Source: Vicugna vicugna
Taxonomy: Eukaryota
NCBI GenBank assembly: GCA_013265495.1
Contig: MU058547.1
Span: forward strand, 1-64,000
DNA: 64,000 nt
Reading direction: 5' to 3'
Of the stretch, positions 51,741-64,000 are shown one piece after another. The notes beneath the pieces are model-generated. The model searched no databases. It had not been told where the DNA came from and saw only the letters and a list, made by a program, of their open reading frames with translations. Every line of letters starts with the position of its first letter. The first letter of the stretch is position 1. A program made the position numbers and the translations under genes.

Positions 51741-54415
51741 TGATAGAAAGGAAACTAGAAACTCAGGCGGCTGAGGTGCTGCCACTTACAATCTCTAAAT
51801 GAAGCGGGCGCCTGAAATGGTCCTCCAGGTTTTTCCTAGGTGCTGGCTAATAGGTGCAATTTGCTGGAGCCTCGCAGCTGTGCATCACAACAGGCTCACT
51901 CACTTCACAAAGCCTTCACCTGTGAATCAGAGGAAAAGGCAGACACATGTTCACCCTCAGAGCCAGAACAATCCAGTTCTCTTTCTGACTCTCAGAATGG
52001 TCTGTGTGTGTTCAGAGCCAGGCTTCCTCCTGAGGGAAGTTGTCTGGGAGCTCCCTTTATGGTAATTTTAGGGTGAGGGCTTGTTTCTCCTAGAGATTGA
52101 TTAGAAGGTGCTTAACAAATGGATGATTTTTTTCCCCAACATTTCACAAGTGTATTTTAAATTATTCCCACTTTCTGGGTGATATGTGAAGATGTTATTA
52201 CCTCGGAACATAAGTTCTTATTGATCCGAGTCCGCATAGTATTTAACTGGTGGCAGCTGCTCTACTCAGATTTCATGTCACATTCAAAGCTGCTGTTTAT
52301 TCAAATATTTAATTTTTAATTCACGTTTAACTTGGTTAAGTTTTAAAACACTTATTCAGTATGATGGACTTGAGGAAAATAGAACAAATTCATTGATTGC
52401 AAACAGAATCATCAGTACAAACTCAAGCTACTAATTTACTGAGAGTTGTTGAGCATTCCTAGGTTTTGTGGTTATAACCATGCTCCTGAACTGAAAGATT
52501 TTAACATTTTTTGGCATATTTATTTTAAAAACACTTTCAGTTTAACCTGGGACCAATTTAGTGACAAAAATAGAGAATTTTATAGTATTTGACTTATCAG
52601 CGGTTAAAACTTATTGCTGTCTTAAGTTTTTAGTGTAATTCTTAGTGCACATACGTCAAAACCAACAGTTCTTATTGAAACTATAGTTTGTCTTCTTGGT
52701 AGGAGAAAAAGTGAATAGGCAGTGTTTGAATGACTCTCCATCCACTACAAGAAGCAACAAATTCTTAACCTGGGGTCTCTACATAGACTTCTTGGAATCT
52801 CTAATCCCCTTGAAGTTATCCATAAGAAATTTTTATATGCAAACACGAATTTTTGTTGCTAAAAATAGGGTCCATAGCTTTCATAAGATATTGAAAACAC
52901 TCCATGTCTCCAAAAAGTTGATACTCACTGTACCAGAGAAATACAATGATTTTATGTTTTGTTCTAAGGATCCTGCTCACGGTGCTGGTTCCCCAAGGGC
53001 AGGGTCCATGTCACCACCTGGTCTCTATCATCACTTACCTTTCCCTGTACCATCTGCCCTTCAGCACCAGTTGTTAATAAAAAGTTTGGTTAAAGAAACT
53101 CTAAAAGAACAGCTTAGATTTCAGGATCATGAATTTTTACTTTTCTGGAACTAAATATACCTATTTGGAACGGACTCTTTCATTGAAATTTTAAGAATGA
53201 ATAAACTAGTGCTTCTTAAGGTAATTGTCATGTATCTTTTAAATGACTGTTTGAATATAGCACTTCACTTTGACAGCCAGGATGGTTCACAGAAGCTTAG
53301 AAGCTATTTTCCTTTTCTTCTAACACAAAGTGTGGTGGAGGTAACATGACTGATCTGAAGGACTCTGGGAAACTCTGGGATAAAATAGGAAGTAATCCTA
53401 AACTTAACCTGTAGGTTATTCATACTACTAGAGGAGTAGAAGGGCTATGTTATTAGTGAACTGGTAAACTGGGACAGACTACCCAGGGAGATGGTCTGCC
53501 AAATTACCTTTAATAATTGTACTTTTCAGTGAGATGATGCAAATCTGTCATTTTTTCCCTCAATTCAATATGAAAGAGATTTTCTTTGTTTCTTTTTTAA
53601 TCACAGAAGTAATACATGTTCTTTGTATAATACAAAAAAGCATTAAGAGGAAAACAGAAATCAACCACTGTCCTAGTCACTGTTTACCTTATTTTAGTAT
53701 TTTGTTTTCTAGTACATCTTCTGTACCTGCTTATTTATTTACATGCTATAGTATAATAATATTGTATCTTGGCCTTTTCACTTATCTGATGAATGAAAAC
53801 TAAAAGCCTTAGTACCTCATAAGGAGCTTCTTGAGACTTTTTTGCAGAAATCATAGCACTGTTTTCGATATCTTAGCCACATTTTATTACTTGGAAATTT
53901 GGTCTGCACAGTTTCCTGAACCTTTATGCATTTTTCACTGCTCAGCTGATTGGTTCTTATTAGTTGAGACTGACTGAATCTCCTCCTGTGAAGATCATGT
54001 GTTTTTCCATTGCCCGTAACCCTTCAGTGGCTCACTGGAAAAAGCCCACGTTCCTTTGAATGACATCCAAGGCCCCCTGTGATCCTTCTCTTCTCTTCCT
54101 CAAGAATTGGAATATCTACATACAACTTATACCTTAATTCCTCCTTGCTTTTGCAACTTATTGAAATAATAGTAATTCTTCAACGTTCATCTTAAAATGA
54201 ATCTTTTCCTCATTTGAGCAAACGACTGTGTAGAACATGATACCCTAGCTTCTGAGATTACTTTTTCAGCATCGAGAAACAGGAGAATAAGCACATTTTT
54301 GAGCTTTTTCTAATTATGTACTGTATGGAAATAACATGTTACTTTAGAAGATTATTAATGGGGCTTCCAAAAAATAGTATCTCTGGATGATAAATCTTAC
54401 CAAGATAAATATTAA

Positions 54416-54595
<180 letters not shown>

Positions 54596-55616
54596 TAGGG
54601 TAGCTCCAGGAGCCCTCTGAATTTACAAAGAAGTCATAATTTTAGGTTCTAAAATTAGGTCTTCATTCCACAGATATAGAGGACATAAGGGTAATTTGTT
54701 TTTTAGTAGTCTTTGGTTTGGTAAAAAGAATAAATTTACCTTCAGCAGTACACACATGTTCGAACTACTTTCCAAGGTAATCTGCACTGAAATTTTAGAG
54801 ATGACCAAAGCAGAACTCTTGATCTGTGAAAGGGTTCATCTTTGCCCTGTGTTGACAGTAAGAGCCCTTTTGAAGTTAATAGCAGGTTTACAGCTATGGA
54901 GTAATCCCTTATTCTCTCTGACTGTCGCTTTCTCAGGTATCTGCAGGGGAAATTTAGCAGTTCCGCCTCTCTCACTTCGTTTGTAGCCACTTGAAACCTT
55001 TCCTGGGTTTGTTTCTTTCTTCGAAACGGTGGTTGTGCTTCCTTTTGCCCTGATTCTCCTACAATAACTCACACCCCACACTGTTGCTCCTTATTTCCAC
55101 TGTTAGAGACCATAGGCCAGGTATCTTGGATTCCCTGTCCTCCATCTCTGCCTTCTTTAATATTTTCCCTAAATAGAGTGCCTACTCTAAGAGAGTCTCT
55201 GTGGAGTTTAAGGTTGGGGTTGGCGTGGGAGGGTGTGAGAAGGGAGTCAGAGCTAATATCCCGAGAATCCAAGTAGGGGAGACTTTTTTGATGTTTCTCA
55301 TCACCCACATTCGAATTCATCCCCCTGCCCAGATTGTTTTTTTTTTTTTAAGTTATAGTCAGTTTACAATGCTGTATCAACTGCTGGTATACAGCGTAAT
55401 TTTTCAGTCATATGTGAATATATGTATATTCATTTTCATATTCTCTTTCACCATGAGCTACTACAAGATCTTGACTATATTCCCCTGTGCTATACAGTAT
55501 AAACTTGTTTCAGACTGGTTCTTTATATACACATTTCAAACAGTTTTCGAGCTGTTTTTAAAGTCCGTAATTCGACAGGATTTTTCTTCACTTTTCCTAT
55601 TCTCCCACATTGATAG

Positions 55617-55804
55617 GAGTTGAGTCTCGTGGCTGTGGAAGATGAAGCAAAGTTAAAAACCAAGCCCTTCTCCAACAGAAGCCTCTTGGAGGTAGAGCAG
55701 CACCAGGCTCCCCTAGTGGAAGGCCAGGAGCGGAAGCTGCTGGTCCTCCAGCTGATGGCTGTTCTGAGGGAGAGAATGAGCAGATATTCACAAACATCAC
55801 TCAG
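55617..55804 (+). pseudogene. TANGO6: TANGO6 exon 11, copy 1 (4-bp deletion frameshift)
   Basis: tag|ELSLVAVEDEAKLKTKPFSNRSLLEVEQHQAPLVEGQERKLLVLQLMAVLRERM/QIFTNITQ|gtcagt; ATG AG CAG stands where M-S-E-Q is expected. Confidence 0.93.
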
Positions 55805-57743
55805 GTCAGTGGCCGGCGCATTCCAGATCCCAGGCTGGTGGTGTTTGTCTGTTTTGGTTTCTGTCGTTCTTTCCAAAAAATGTTCAGAAGAATGTTACTC
55901 AGGGCGTGGTTTGATGACACCTGCATCCGTGTTACCTGGGATGCTGGTTAAACCTGTAAATTTCCGAGCCCACATCAGATTACGAGAATCAGGACTTTCA
56001 TGGGTCCTGCGAGTTGGCATATTTAACAAGCTCCTGAGGTGATTCTCATGCACATAAAACTGGTAAGTGTTTTAAATATTTATATATCACAGTAGTTTTC
56101 AACTTTTGGTGCAAATAATATTGTCTGGGATCCTTTTCACAGTATTGATGCCCAGCCCACTTTTAGAGATTCTGATTCAGCATGTCTGCATTAGAGCCTC
56201 AGCACATGTATTTTTTTAAACCCTGTGGATGATTCTAATGTGCATTAGAAATTGAGAATGATTAAAACTCAAATTTGAAAAAAAAAATCGATGATGATAG
56301 AATCACCTTGAATTTACAGGTTCTCTAGCTCACAGCTTATTCCATAGCAGCCTGTGAAGCTTTTAAGATTTTTTGAAAAATTCTTTCAGAGTAGAATAAC
56401 TATGTGAACCAGTGCCTGCTTAATGGCTCAGACATTATTTTTTACCAGCTTTTTTTAAAAATAGGAAATAAAAGTTATGAAGTATAGGCACTATATTTTA
56501 CCACTTGACTACAGTTAGCTGTTGCCTGGTTGGTGACTGGTCAGTTGTAAGATGATATGATTGTCACACTTAAACCCGATTCTCCAGCTCTTTGTACCGT
56601 CGTCATTGTCACCTGCCTTCCAGTGTTGCTAAGCAGCGTTTCACTACAGCTCCCGCTGAGAAAATCTGCAGCTGCCTGTCAGCTCTGACTTATCATGCCT
56701 ACTTAATGAGCATTATGTTCATGATTTCTTTCCTGGCCTCTTATTCCTTCAGTTCACTGACCCCTTATTTACTCAGTAGAGTAATTTGTTTCTCCCAACA
56801 GGTATAGAGGACATAAGGGTAATTTGTTTTTTAGTAGTCTTTGGTTTGGTAAAAAGAATAAATTTACCTTCAGCAGTACACACATGTTCGAACTACTTTC
56901 CAAGGTAATCTGCACTGAAATTTTAGAGATGACCAAAGCAGAACTCTTGATCTGTGAAAGGGTTCATCTTTGCCCTGTGTTGACAGTAAGAGCCCTTTTG
57001 AAGTTAATAGCAGGTTTACAGCTATGGAGTAATCCCTTATTCTCTCTGACTGTCGCTTTCTCAGGTATCTGCAGGGGAAATTTAGCAGTTCCGCCTCTCT
57101 CACTTCGTTTGTAGCCACTTGAAACCTTTCCTGGGTTTGTTTCTTTCTTCGAAACGGTGGTTGTGCTTCCTTTTGCCCTGATTCTCCTACAATAACTCAC
57201 ACCCCACACTGTTGCTCCTTATTTCCACTGTTAGAGACCATAGGCCAGGTATCTTGGATTCCCTGTCCTCCATCTCTGCCTTCTTTAATATTTTCCCTAA
57301 ATAGAGTGCCTACTCTAAGAGAGTCTCTGTGGAGTTTAAGGTTGGGGTTGGCGTGGGAGGGTGTGAGAAGGGAGTCAGAGCTAATATCCCGAGAATCCAA
57401 GTAGGGGAGACTTTTTTGATGTTTCTCATCACCCACATTCGAATTCATCCCCCTGCCCAGATTGGTTTTTTTTTTTAAGTTATAGTCAGTTTACAATGTT
57501 GTATCAACTGCTGGTATACAGCGTAATTTTTCAGTCATACGTGAATATATGTATATTCATTTTCCTATTCTCTTTCACCATGAGCTACTACAAGATCTTG
57601 ACTATATTCCCCTGTGCTATACAGTATAAACTTGTTTCAGACTGGTTCTTTATATACACATTTCAAACAGTTTTCTAGCTGTTTTTAAAGTCCGTAATTC
57701 GACAGGATTTTTCTTCACTTTTCCTATTCTCCCACATTGATAG

Positions 57744-57931
57744 GAGTTGAGTCTCGTGGCTGTGGAAGATGAAGCAAAGTTAAAAACCAAGCCCTTCTCC
57801 AGCAGAAGCCTCTTGGAGGTAGAGCAGCACCAGGCTCCCCTAGTGGAAGGCCAGGAGCGGAAGCTGCTGGTCCTCCAGCTGATGGCTGTTCTGAGGGAGA
57901 GAATGAGCAGATATTCACAAACATCACTCAG
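57744..57931 (+). pseudogene. TANGO6: TANGO6 exon 11, copy 2 (same 4-bp deletion)
   Basis: As copy 1, but ...KPFSSRS... Confidence 0.93.
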
Positions 57932-60900
57932 GTCAGTGGCCGGCGCATTCCAGATCCCAGGCTGGTGGTGTTTGTCTGTTTTGGTTTCTGTCGTTCTTTC
58001 CAAAAAATGTTCAGAAGAATGTTACTCAGGGCGTGGTTTGATGACACCTGCATCCGTGTTACCTGGGATGCTGGTTAAACCTGTAAATTTCCGAGCCCAC
58101 ATCAGATTACGAGAATCAGGACTTTCATGGGTCCTGCGAGTTGGCATATTTAACAAGCTCCTGAGGTGATTCTCATGCACATAAAACTGGTAAGTGTTTT
58201 AAATATTTATATATCACAGTAGTTTTCAACTTTTGGTGCAAATAATATTGTCTGGGATCCTTTTCACAGTATTGATGCCCAGCCCACTTTTAGAGATTCT
58301 GATTCAGCATGTCTGCATTAGAGCCTCAGCACATGTATTTTTTTAAACCCTGTGGATGATTCTAATGTGCATTAGAAATTGAGAATGATTAAAACTCAAA
58401 TTTGAAAAAAAAAATCGATGATGATAGAATCACCTTGAATTTACAGGTTCTCTAGCTCACAGCTTATTCCATAGCAGCCTGTGAAGCTTTTAAGATTTTT
58501 TGAAAAATTCTTTCAGAGTAGAATAACTATGTGAACCAGTGCCTGCTTAATGGCTCAGACATTATTTTTTACCAGCTTTTTTTAAAAATAGGAAATAAAA
58601 GTTATGAAGTATAGGCACTATATTTTACCACTTGACTACAGTTAGCTGTTGCCTGGTTGGTGACTGGTCAGTTGTAAGAAATATGATTGTCACACTTAAA
58701 CCCGATTCTCCAGCTCTTTGTACCGTCGTCATTGTCACCTGCCTTCCAGTGTTGCTAAGCAGCGTTTCACTACAGCTCCCGCTGAGAAAATCTGCAGCTG
58801 CCTGTCAGCTCTGACTTATCATGCCTACTTAATGAGCATTATGTTCATGATTTCTTTCCTGGCCTCTTATTCCTTCAGTTCACTGACCCCTTATTTACTC
58901 AGTAGAGTAATTTGTTTCTCCCATGTTTGTATCAGTTCCCTAAAGACTTTTTCACCCAGACTTTATGTTTTTGTCTCAGGATGCTAGCTGGAAAGGCAAA
59001 TGATCTAAAAACTGATATGACTTAAGCTTTCCCACTTACCTCCTTTTACTCCTAATTAAGGAATAATGGTGCTAGGGTGATACAAAAGTGATAATGTCCC
59101 AAGAAATTATCCTTCAGCTGAGGTTAAAATGTATCAGGACAAAAAGCACCCCCCAAAAAAAAATTAAATTGCATTTAGTAGTCTCACTGCTAGTGATAAT
59201 TTTGGGATGTTATTTTGAAATATTCACGCATGTAAGTAAGCAGTAAGCAAGAAGTTAATTTTGTTAATATCATTAAGATTTTTAGCATAAGAAAAAGAGT
59301 TATAAGTATAAAATTAAGGAACTTGAGTAAAACCCCCATAATATTACATTTTAATTGGAGGTGTTTGTATGAACTCATGGTTTTTTTCTTTTTAAAAAAA
59401 TAAGACATTTCCTAGCTCAACCCACTGTCAATGTCAAGAAGCAGTGACAACCCAGTGGCAATTAGCATCCCCAGTACCAGATTATAGTTTCTAAATAGCA
59501 TTTCCTACTGAAAGAACACAAAGCTCATTGGATTAAAGGTTCATTTGGTTCTAGGGCAGGGGAACTGTACAACTTAGGCCTCAGGACATCTTGTTGCGCT
59601 TGAATACAAGGAAGCTATCTGAGGTGAACAGGGTCATGTCAGCATTCAGGAGCCAACTTGGGGGTGGTTCCTATTGATCATAAGTGGGACAATTTGAGTA
59701 TTAAAAAGAATAATGCCTGCAGTGGATTGAAACACATTAAGAAACACATTAAGTTCCAAAAATCTCTGGTGGGACATCTTTGGAGGTTGCTAGGAAATCA
59801 ACTGACTATTTGGTAAATTGATAAATGAAGAAAAAGAGTAAAATGTTTATCTTGTCTTTCCTGTAGGAACTATTTTCAGTGTAACTAAATAGTCAACGAA
59901 GGAAATTTTTCCTTTATGTAAGAACCACAACTGAAAAATTCAAAAAGAGAACTAGAAAATTATATTTTGCAATCCTCTAATGAAATAATGGATCTCGGTA
60001 ACAATCATCAATGTCTGCTCTAACCATTAGGGGTACTTTATAATGAATGTATTAGGGCAAATGCACCCAAACCAGCTGATCCTTTCTTCCCCTAGCAATT
60101 TATTATGAGAACTTTCAAATTTGAAAGAATTTCTTAGTGAGTACCTGCATACCCACTACCTAGATTCTACCATTAACATTTTATTATACCTGCTTTATCA
60201 CATATTAATCTATGTTTCCATCTGTCTATCCATTTTATTTTGGGTGCATTTCAGGGTTAATGCAAATATCAGTATATGTCCCCCAAATATTTCAGCCTGG
60301 ACTGATTAATCTTAACATCACCACAAGAAGACAAGCAGACATCATTATGGCCTCCTCATGCAATGCAGTAGGAAGTATGCAGCACCGTCTAGGAAGGGTC
60401 CTTACCCCCAAACCTCCCCCAAAATACAAAACAAACCAACCCCCCAAGATATGAACCTGAATCCAATCAAGAAAATGGGATTGAGAAGCAAGCTAAATGC
60501 CATGAGGAAACAATTAGTCAAATCCATAATGTGGGAAATTCTACAGTACAAATGACCCAGTTTCTTTGTCAAATAAATGGTGTTAAAAAGGAGTAAAGCT
60601 GTTGTAGCTTAAAAGGGACTTGAGTGATATCAATGAAACATAATATGTGCATCTTGATTCAAACAAACCAATTGTATGAAGACATTTTTTGCGACAATTA
60701 TGGACCAAGTATTAGAAGATATAAGGGTTTGGTTTTTTTTTTTACCATATACTTTATTTATTTCTTTATTTTTATTTTTTGATTGAAGTATAGGAATTTT
60801 TACTGAGTGTAATCATAGTGTAGTAGTTATGTAAAAAACAAATCTCCTTATTTGTTAGAAGTGCATATTGAAGTTTTCATGGATGAAAGATTAAAAATCC

Positions 60901-60964
60901 AATAAAGTGTGTTGGCAGATGGCATGTTAGTATGTGAGATGAGCCCTGTTCCAACTCCCAAGTT

Positions 60965-61380
60965 CTTTCATCCCACAAATATGTATTGAGAGCCTACTGT
61001 GTGCCACGTACTCTTCCAGGTATCAGAGACACAGCTGTGAGCAGAACAGACACACATCTGTGCTCTCATGGAGCTTACAGTCACATAAGGGGAGAGACAG
61101 TAAGCAAGTCAGCAAAATCACACAATGTGTTTGTTAGACGATGGTAAGTACCAGAGAGAAAAAATCAACCAAGGAAAGGGGATGGTAAAGGAGTTTGTAA
61201 ACAGGGTGGTCATGGAGAACCTTGCTGAGAAAGTGGCTTTTGAGCAAAGATCTAAAGCAGGAAAGGAGGGAGCTATTGAGATACCCAGGAGAAAAGTGTT
61301 TCAGACAAGAGGGAGCCTGCCTGGAATGTGAAGGAGTCAGCAAGGGGGCCTGTGTATATGGAGAGGAATGAGCAAGGTTC
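60965..61380 (-). mobile_element. L2 relic
   Basis: caaatatgtattgagagcctactgtgtgcca...tgctctcatggagcttacagtc L2 3' motifs. Confidence 0.75.
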
Positions 61381-62859
61381 CCTTTTATCCGCCCTTTGAG
61401 GGACTGCCACCCTCTGCACCCTTCTGTACCTGGATCATGTAATCGGCAGAATAGAAGGGGTTCTACATGCTTGTGTTTTTTTTCATATGTTAAACTTTTT
61501 TAACATAAGTAACATATGTTCATTGTGAAAACATTTAAATAAAAGAGGTGCAAATTTTTTAAGTAGGGATTTATGGTTAAAGACGGTGTATTGAACAAAA
61601 ATATTTATCTGGAAACCAGAGACCCACAGAGCAAGAGAGGAAAGACAGTAGATAAAAGAGAATAACAATACATGGAAACTGTAAAATAGTAGCTGATTCA
61701 GCAACTTGAGAAAATGGAAAGCTAAGTGCCTGCACAGGAGAATTCACGAAGCAAGCACTATGCCTCAATAAAGCTGTTAAAAATTTTTTTGCAAAGGAAA
61801 AACAGAAGCAAGCCACTTCTCCCTGTAGAACCCTATAAGGGTGGGAGGCATCAGATAAGCTCCAAAAATGGAGCTGAATTTAGAGATTAAATCAGGTTGA
61901 AAGGCTCCACAAGATTCAGTAGACCCTTTGATTCCTTCCTCGTCTTCATACAACCACCTCCCCGCTCCAGCCAAAGACTCAAGGTTTATTCTTGAGAGAG
62001 GTTGAACCCAGACTCTGAACTTGGGTGGTGGTAGCACACGGCAAAGCTGGAGAATTAAGCTGATGTCTGCAGACTCAGCAGGGAGGCCTCAGCCCCCTTG
62101 CACTCATTTGCCAGAATGTTGACAGCAGGTTTATACATCCCCATAGGATTATTATGAGGATTAAGTGAGTTAATACCTGTAGAATGTTCAGAACAGTACC
62201 TGGTAAATAGCAAATGCTTAATGTTATCACTAAACTAAACAGCTAAATAATTAAAACCAGTTGCCTCTGTAGAGTCAGAATCAGATGGAGAGAAACGGGG
62301 TAGGGCACTGCCATTTTTCATTATAAACTTTCAGGAATATTTGGCTTTTAGAATTACGTATCTTTACAAAAATTTTCAAGTAAAAAGTGAAAGTCTCCAA
62401 ATGTTAACCACTATCTATAAATAGATTAAAAAATTTCTTCTGTATAGCACAGTGAACTGTATTCAATATCTTGTAATAACCTTTCATGAAAAAGAATATG
62501 ATAATGAATATATGTGTGTGTGTGTGTGTGTGGTATGACTGGGGCATTATGGGAAATTGGCACATTGTAACTATGCTTCAGTTAAAATAAAAAGTCTCTC
62601 TCCTTCTCTCCTCAATATGCAAAAATTCTAGAACAGGCATCAGTCACATACCTATCCTTGTGGCTGGCAGCCCCATAAAAAATCACAGGAAATGAGTTGT
62701 AGGGGAGGAGCTGTTGTCCCCATGGTGGTTTAGTTGTTACATGCAAAATTTGAGGGAAAGGGTACACTTCATAAATGACAGTAACAACTGGCTATCACAC
62801 CACAGTTAACAGCTCCCAGGGTTTTTTCTTTAACATACATAAAACTGAAGATTTCTTCT

Positions 62860-63322
62860 TTTTTTAAATTTAAGTGTAGGTGATTTACTGTATTTCAGAT
62901 GTACAGCAAAGTGGTATATATATATATATTATTTTTTCAGATTCTTTTCCATTATAGATTATTACAAGATATTGAATGTAGTTCCTTGTACTATACAGTA
63001 GATCCTTGTTATTTGTCTATTTTATATATAGTAATGTGTATCTGTTAATCCCAAATCCCTAAATTATCTTTCCCTTGCCTTTCCCCTATGGTAACCATAA
63101 GTTTGTTTTCTATGTCAGTGAGTCTATTTCTGGTTTTTGTTTTCTTTTGTTTTTTTAGATTTTTTTTTTTTGGCAAAAGGGAGGGAGTTGATAAGGTTTA
63201 TTTATTTGAAGGAGATTACTGGGGGTTGAACCTAGGACCATGTGCAGGCTAGTCATGCACTCTACCGCTTGAGCTATACCCTCCCCCTGTTTCTGTGTTG
63301 AAGTAAGTTCATTTGCATCATC
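62860..63322 (-). mobile_element. L1 3' fragment interrupted by a camelid SINE (about 63160-63287, minus strand)
   Basis: The L1 3'UTR breaks at tctatttctg and resumes at tgtttctgtgttgaagtaagttcattt; the SINE head reads gagctataccctcccc. Confidence 0.85.
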
Positions 63323-64000
63323 TCTTGAAAGTTCATAGTACTAGAATCATACTACTTGTTTTGCAGTGTTAAAAAAATTATATATATTATATATATATAA
63401 TATATTAGATCGTAGAGAGGAATTTAGAAAAAATTGGAAAGCTGGATAGTTCCAGCAATTTAACGGTATATTTGTGCTGAAATAGAAGCTTCCTATAATC
63501 AAGGAGTGTTTGAGAAAACTCTTGGGAGGTAAAATAGGTGGCCCAAGATGGTAGATGAACTGGTTTCTCTGGGAAGAGCCAGGTTCCTTAACTGATAATG
63601 TCAATAAAGTCTTAATCTAGAGAGGGTGGTGAATATTGCTGTTACCAGCATTGTTCATTACAGTAAGTGGAACTTTTAATAACCTTTCTAATTTCCTGCC
63701 TTGCTCCAAAAGACAAGTGTTAACAAGCCATTCTCCTGACTTTAACCTGCAATAAAGATTCTAGCATAGCACATGATTTGCCCAGAGAGTTAAACATGCA
63801 AGCTTGCATGGTATTTAGAGGCTTATTATGACCTACCTCAACCATCCAATTTTCAAAATGATTTTTCCCTTTTGAGCCATTAGTCCTAAATACGCATGTA
63901 AGTGTATGCACAGGGACTTGTGCACATGTTCATGTATGGGTATGTGTATGCTGTCTTTTATTCAAATGTGTTTCTACTTAAGATGATTAATTCAAGCATA

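Larger units (their letters stand above)
54675..58923. repeat. About 2.13-kb near-identical tandem duplication containing TANGO6 exon 11
   Basis: Copies at about 54675-56797 and 56803-58923; duplicated ORFs in the track are offset by 2127-2128. Confidence 0.96.

Noticed and set aside
55620..56042. 140-aa ORF (and its copy at 57747) as a novel duplicated gene
   Set aside because: It is TANGO6 exon 11 reading through a frameshift into intron, with a TTG start
58924..64000. TANGO6 exon 12 or later exons
   Set aside because: No VVDFVAATLQRAC-like coding sequence found; probably beyond the window or deleted

Overview
Mammalian genomic DNA, most likely camelid (alpaca/camel-type tRNA-derived SINEs, young L1s), with two assembly gaps. 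I found no intact protein-coding gene. The window reads as a mosaic of two decayed, intron-containing gene copies from loci that are unlinked in human. (1) About 1-14040: an ARHGAP22 copy on the minus strand. It keeps a CpG-island promoter, a 52-nt coding first exon (MGLCCCK...) and the first RhoGAP exon, which has an in-frame TAG; the PH-domain exons between them are missing. (2) About 14045-64000: probably the last ~30 nt of CDH1, then a TANGO6 (TMCO7) copy on the plus strand with exons 1 and 6-11 present, exons 2-5 not found, and exons 7 and 11 tandemly duplicated. Its ATG is lost and it carries frameshifts, a nonsense codon and broken splice sites. The rest is L1, ERV1-type solo LTRs, SINEs, MIR/L2, DNA-transposon relics and unusually many local tandem duplications. 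I see no evidence of a new enzymatic or defence system. The best novelty candidates are the in-frame, PH-less, putatively lipid-anchored ARHGAP22 remnant and the duplication junction. Gene identities and exon numbers come from my recall of the human proteins, not from a database search.
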